This document shows positions 60,406 to 64,000 of a stretch of 64,000 bases of DNA, piece by piece. A program made the position numbers and the translations under genes. The notes beneath the pieces were generated by a model. It saw only the letters and a program-made list of their open reading frames with translations. It had not been told where the DNA came from and did no database searches. Numbering within the stretch: the stretch's first letter is position 1; the number at the start of each line of letters is the position of its first letter. This DNA is from Octopus sinensis. Lineage: Eukaryota. The stretch spans positions 107,756,001-107,820,000 of the forward strand of contig NC_042998.1 in the NCBI RefSeq assembly GCF_006345805.1, read 5' to 3'.

Positions 60406-63400
60406 CAAGCAGAATCAAACATCTGGTTGCATTTTATGGTAGAAGCAACAGAATCAAGCTTTCAATTGCATTTTATAATAATGATTTCTTACATGGACAT
60501 AAAGCCACAAATTTTGCAAGGAAGGAAAAGCTCAATTAAATCAATGTCATTATTTGACAAGTACATAAAACTGATCCAAAATGGAAGAAAGGCAATGTCA
60601 GATTTGGTGGAATTTGTATTCAGAATGTAAAAAGCCAGCCATAACTTACTGCTACGAGACATTTTATCTGACAATGTAAAGATTCTACTAATGCATTATT
60701 TTATCAATAATGATTTCAATTATAGGCATAAGGTTACAAATTGTTTTGGAGACAGATATAGTTGGTCATATGAATCCCAGCAATTAGTGCTTATGTAGAT
60801 AGTATCAGTTCATCTACCTTAAATTAGTGGTTCAACAGAGTTCAATAAAAGAAGTATCACACTAGAATAAGTACTGGGGATGATATAACTGACAACTTTT
60901 GGAGATGGTGCCCACAGCCTAATGACTGAAACTAGTAAAAGAAGAAAATGCGTATAATCTAGTCATTGTCTTCAAGTGTTCAAATTGCACATAATGATAT
61001 CAATATTTTGCATAGTTCATTGCTTTCTAAGTATTGAATGTCTCTGTTGCATTTTTGATATGAACATATGTGACTTGACACATATGGACCCATAAATTTG
61101 TACAGGTGTGTATGTATATGTGTGTGAATATCATCATTGTTGTCATCACCATTGTTACCACCATCATCATGATCAGCATTCATTCGTTTTATGTCTGCTT
61201 TTCCATGTTTGCATGGGTTAGATGAATATGTCATTGAGGCATTATTTTACAGCTCTGTTCTTCCTATTGCTTCCTTGTTTGCAAGTAAGAGATCTCTTAT
61301 TCCAGGTGGCTTCAAAGGTGTGTGTGTACATGCACATTCATATGCACATGCACAAAGGGCTTTTACATGCTTTCTATCTACCAAATTTCACTCACAAGGA
61401 ATCAGTTAATCCAACACTATAGAACACACACACACACACATGTATGTATAATATATACTTATATATAAAACATGCATACAAACATATCATCATTATGGCA
61501 TTCTCATTCAAATATCTTTCATTTGTTTCAGTCATTGGACTGTGCCCAAGTTGTGCAAACAAATCAACCCCAGTACATATTTTTTTCAAAGCCTGGTATT
61601 TATTCTATTGGTCTCTTTGCCAAACTGCTAAGTTACAGGTTCATAAACAAACTAACACCAGTATGCGGGATGGTGGTGGAGAAACACAAATACACAGGTA
61701 TATAGATGGTTTCCACGAAGCTTCTGTCTGTCAAATTCACTCACAAAGCATTAGTTGACCCAGGGCTATAGTAGAAGACACTTGCTCAAAGTGTTGTGCA
61801 GTGGACTCCTTGGGTAAGTGTCTTCTACTATAGTCCCATGCCAACCAATGCTTTGTGAGTGAATTTAGTTGATGATCAATTTCTATAAAATAATACCGAA
61901 TACAGAAACATTATCCCTTCACAAGCCACTATCAGGTTAGGGTGAGGTGGGATGGGCTTCCCATAATGAATTATTTAATCATCTCTATATTTCTAGACTA
62001 GTGCTTATTAAACTGGTCTTAGAGGGATAAAATGTAATATTGACATTTGTGAGATTTGAACTCTGGATATAAAGAAACACAAAGCAAAGGTTGCACTATA
62101 TATATATTGCTTGATATTTGTGTCTCAACAAACCCAATGATTTTAATAATACTGATGATTTTTAACATAGGTGCAAGGCTATAGCACTGTGATGAGGAGT
62201 ATAGTTTAAATCAATTCCAGTACTTTGCTAGTACTTTTTTCTTTTCAACTCTGAAAGTTTGAAAAATAAAGTTAACCCAACCTCCAAGATCTGAAATTTT
62301 GTAAAGAAATAAAATAAAAAAAAATTATGCTTAACTGATTTTGTCAGTCTACAGCTTTAGTTAATGACAACTACAATGTTTTTCTTTTTATTTGTCACAA
62401 GACAAACATTTTGTTGTCCCCACCACCACACAAACCAAAACAGATTTACAAGATTCAGATCAGTCATTATAACTTAATCCCATGTACTTACTTCTCAACA
62501 CTAGCATTTCTCTTACTACTAGCTAACCTAATCTGCTTTCCTCCTTACCTGCCTCTCTCTCAAATCTAGCCACTAACAAGGTCAACTACCAGACTACTTT
62601 TTGCCATTGGATATAATGACAAAAGATATTGCTTAGTACAATATTTCATTCTGGAAATTTTGGGGAGATGGCGGAAGAGAAAAAGTTAAAAGGAGAGAAG
62701 AAAATGAATGTAGAATATGAGAAAATATGATTTCTCTCGTGATTTACATAAGAAAACAACTTCAGAGGAATTTTATCAATTAGAAGATGAGAAAAAAAAA
62801 GTTAAATTAAAAAATATATACTCAAACTGAATTCAATTACAAAATTTTGAGTATTTACTGTTGTTATACTTTATTCTAAACACCATTAAATATTTGATTA
62901 TTTGGCTGTCACCACTGCTCCCTTCACCACTACCACCACTATCATGTGACCATTTTCCATGCTAGCATGAAATGAACATTTTGACTAGATCCAAAAGGTT
63001 GAGGATCACTTCAGGCACAGGTGTCTCAGTTTTCACATGATTTCTATGGGTTGATGTCCTTTCTAATGTCATCCACTTTGCAAAGTGTACTGGATACTTT
63101 TTCATAGCACCAGCACTAATGAGGTCACCTTATAACTTACAAGATAGAAGAATGACCTCAACTTTGAAGAGGTATAGAAGACAGAGTGGTTGCTTTAAGC
63201 AAATTGTTAAGCAGTAAAAGTATAATGCAGGGAGCAGGAACAGGTTTACTGTTTGTGGAGGAGATTCATGGTTACCCTGTATTTTACAAGGGCAGGTGGG
63301 AAAAGCTGGTGTGGAACCCAAAAAGAGGTAAAAAAAGGTAATGATGTCCAAGAAATATTTAGAACAGAGCATAGGTAAAGAAAACTAAGGGGGAATGGGT

Positions 63401-64000
63401 AGTGTAAAAGAATGAGAAGGTCAGATGTATGTAGGAGATGAATGTTGTGAATAATGAACAGAAGTTGGGATGGTAAATATGAGTGGGGGATGATAAGAAT
63501 GAAAAATGGATACTGACTGAGTGTAGCACAGAGAAGAGCGAGTGGTGACTAGTAGTACAGAGATGACAATATGGTATGGTGCATAGTAACAGGTTTTGCT
63601 TTCATTTCTTACATCAGCAAAATAATACAGTGGATAAGTGAGTAATGGAAGGATGATTGAGTGATAGGATGAAAAGTTAAAAGGAGGAGAGAGTAAGAGA
63701 TAGATACCAACAAGGAGGATGTTGTCAGGGATCCAGTTGTTTAGATGAAGGAAGGGTGCTGCAGGGAAGGAAGAAGCAAGAGCTGTAGACTTGGCAAGGT
63801 CTCAGTTGTATGCATATACATGATGCTTTAAGAGCCTTAGACACAATAAGCTAGTGTAGCTGGGCAGTGTTTTCTCAAGCATAGTGTGTCATCCCTTCTG
63901 TGAGAGTCACAACATCCTGAGATTGGCTTTCACCACCTCATCCCACATCTTCCCAGGTCTTCTTTTTCTATGGCTTTAAATGCAAATACTTGCACTATTA

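Noticed and set aside
62549-62650. Minus-strand exon-like segment with strong splice signals (upstream MFSD12 exon?)
   Set aside because: Stops in all three frames and no convincing MFSD12 motif. The true upstream exon probably lies beyond the window.

Overview
AT-rich, microsatellite- and transposon-dense animal genomic DNA. The repeat families (SINEs with (TTA)n tails, RTE LINEs with (GAT)n tails, tRNA-derived SINEs) suggest a coleoid cephalopod, probably Octopus; this is inference. Two host genes lie on the minus strand. (1) The 3' part of an MFSD12-like transporter, with exons 58404-58234, 55768-55674, 40324-40188 and a probable last exon 30741-30665; the splice phases match throughout. 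(2) The 5' part of an axonemal dynein heavy chain-like gene (DHC_N1 tail region), starting at ATG 19986 and running off the left edge. Its first five exons are intact, but they are followed by a phase-compatible chain of exon-like segments carrying four in-frame stops (TAG, TAG, TGA, TGA) that can be bypassed by alternative splice sites. The rest is mostly transposon-derived: several RTE LINEs (one with a ~330-bp 3'UTR unit amplified about 6x, with period-3 higher-order structure), a near-intact R4/Dong-like RT-RLE element in a (TAA)n tract plus truncated relatives, mariner/Tc1 relics (one with two left ends), Gypsy gag and integrase relics, Tx1-like, BovB-like and CR1/Jockey-like LINE relics, Helitron-like elements, MITEs, SINE arrays and long hairpins. 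All homology calls come from recognising motifs by eye; no searches were run.
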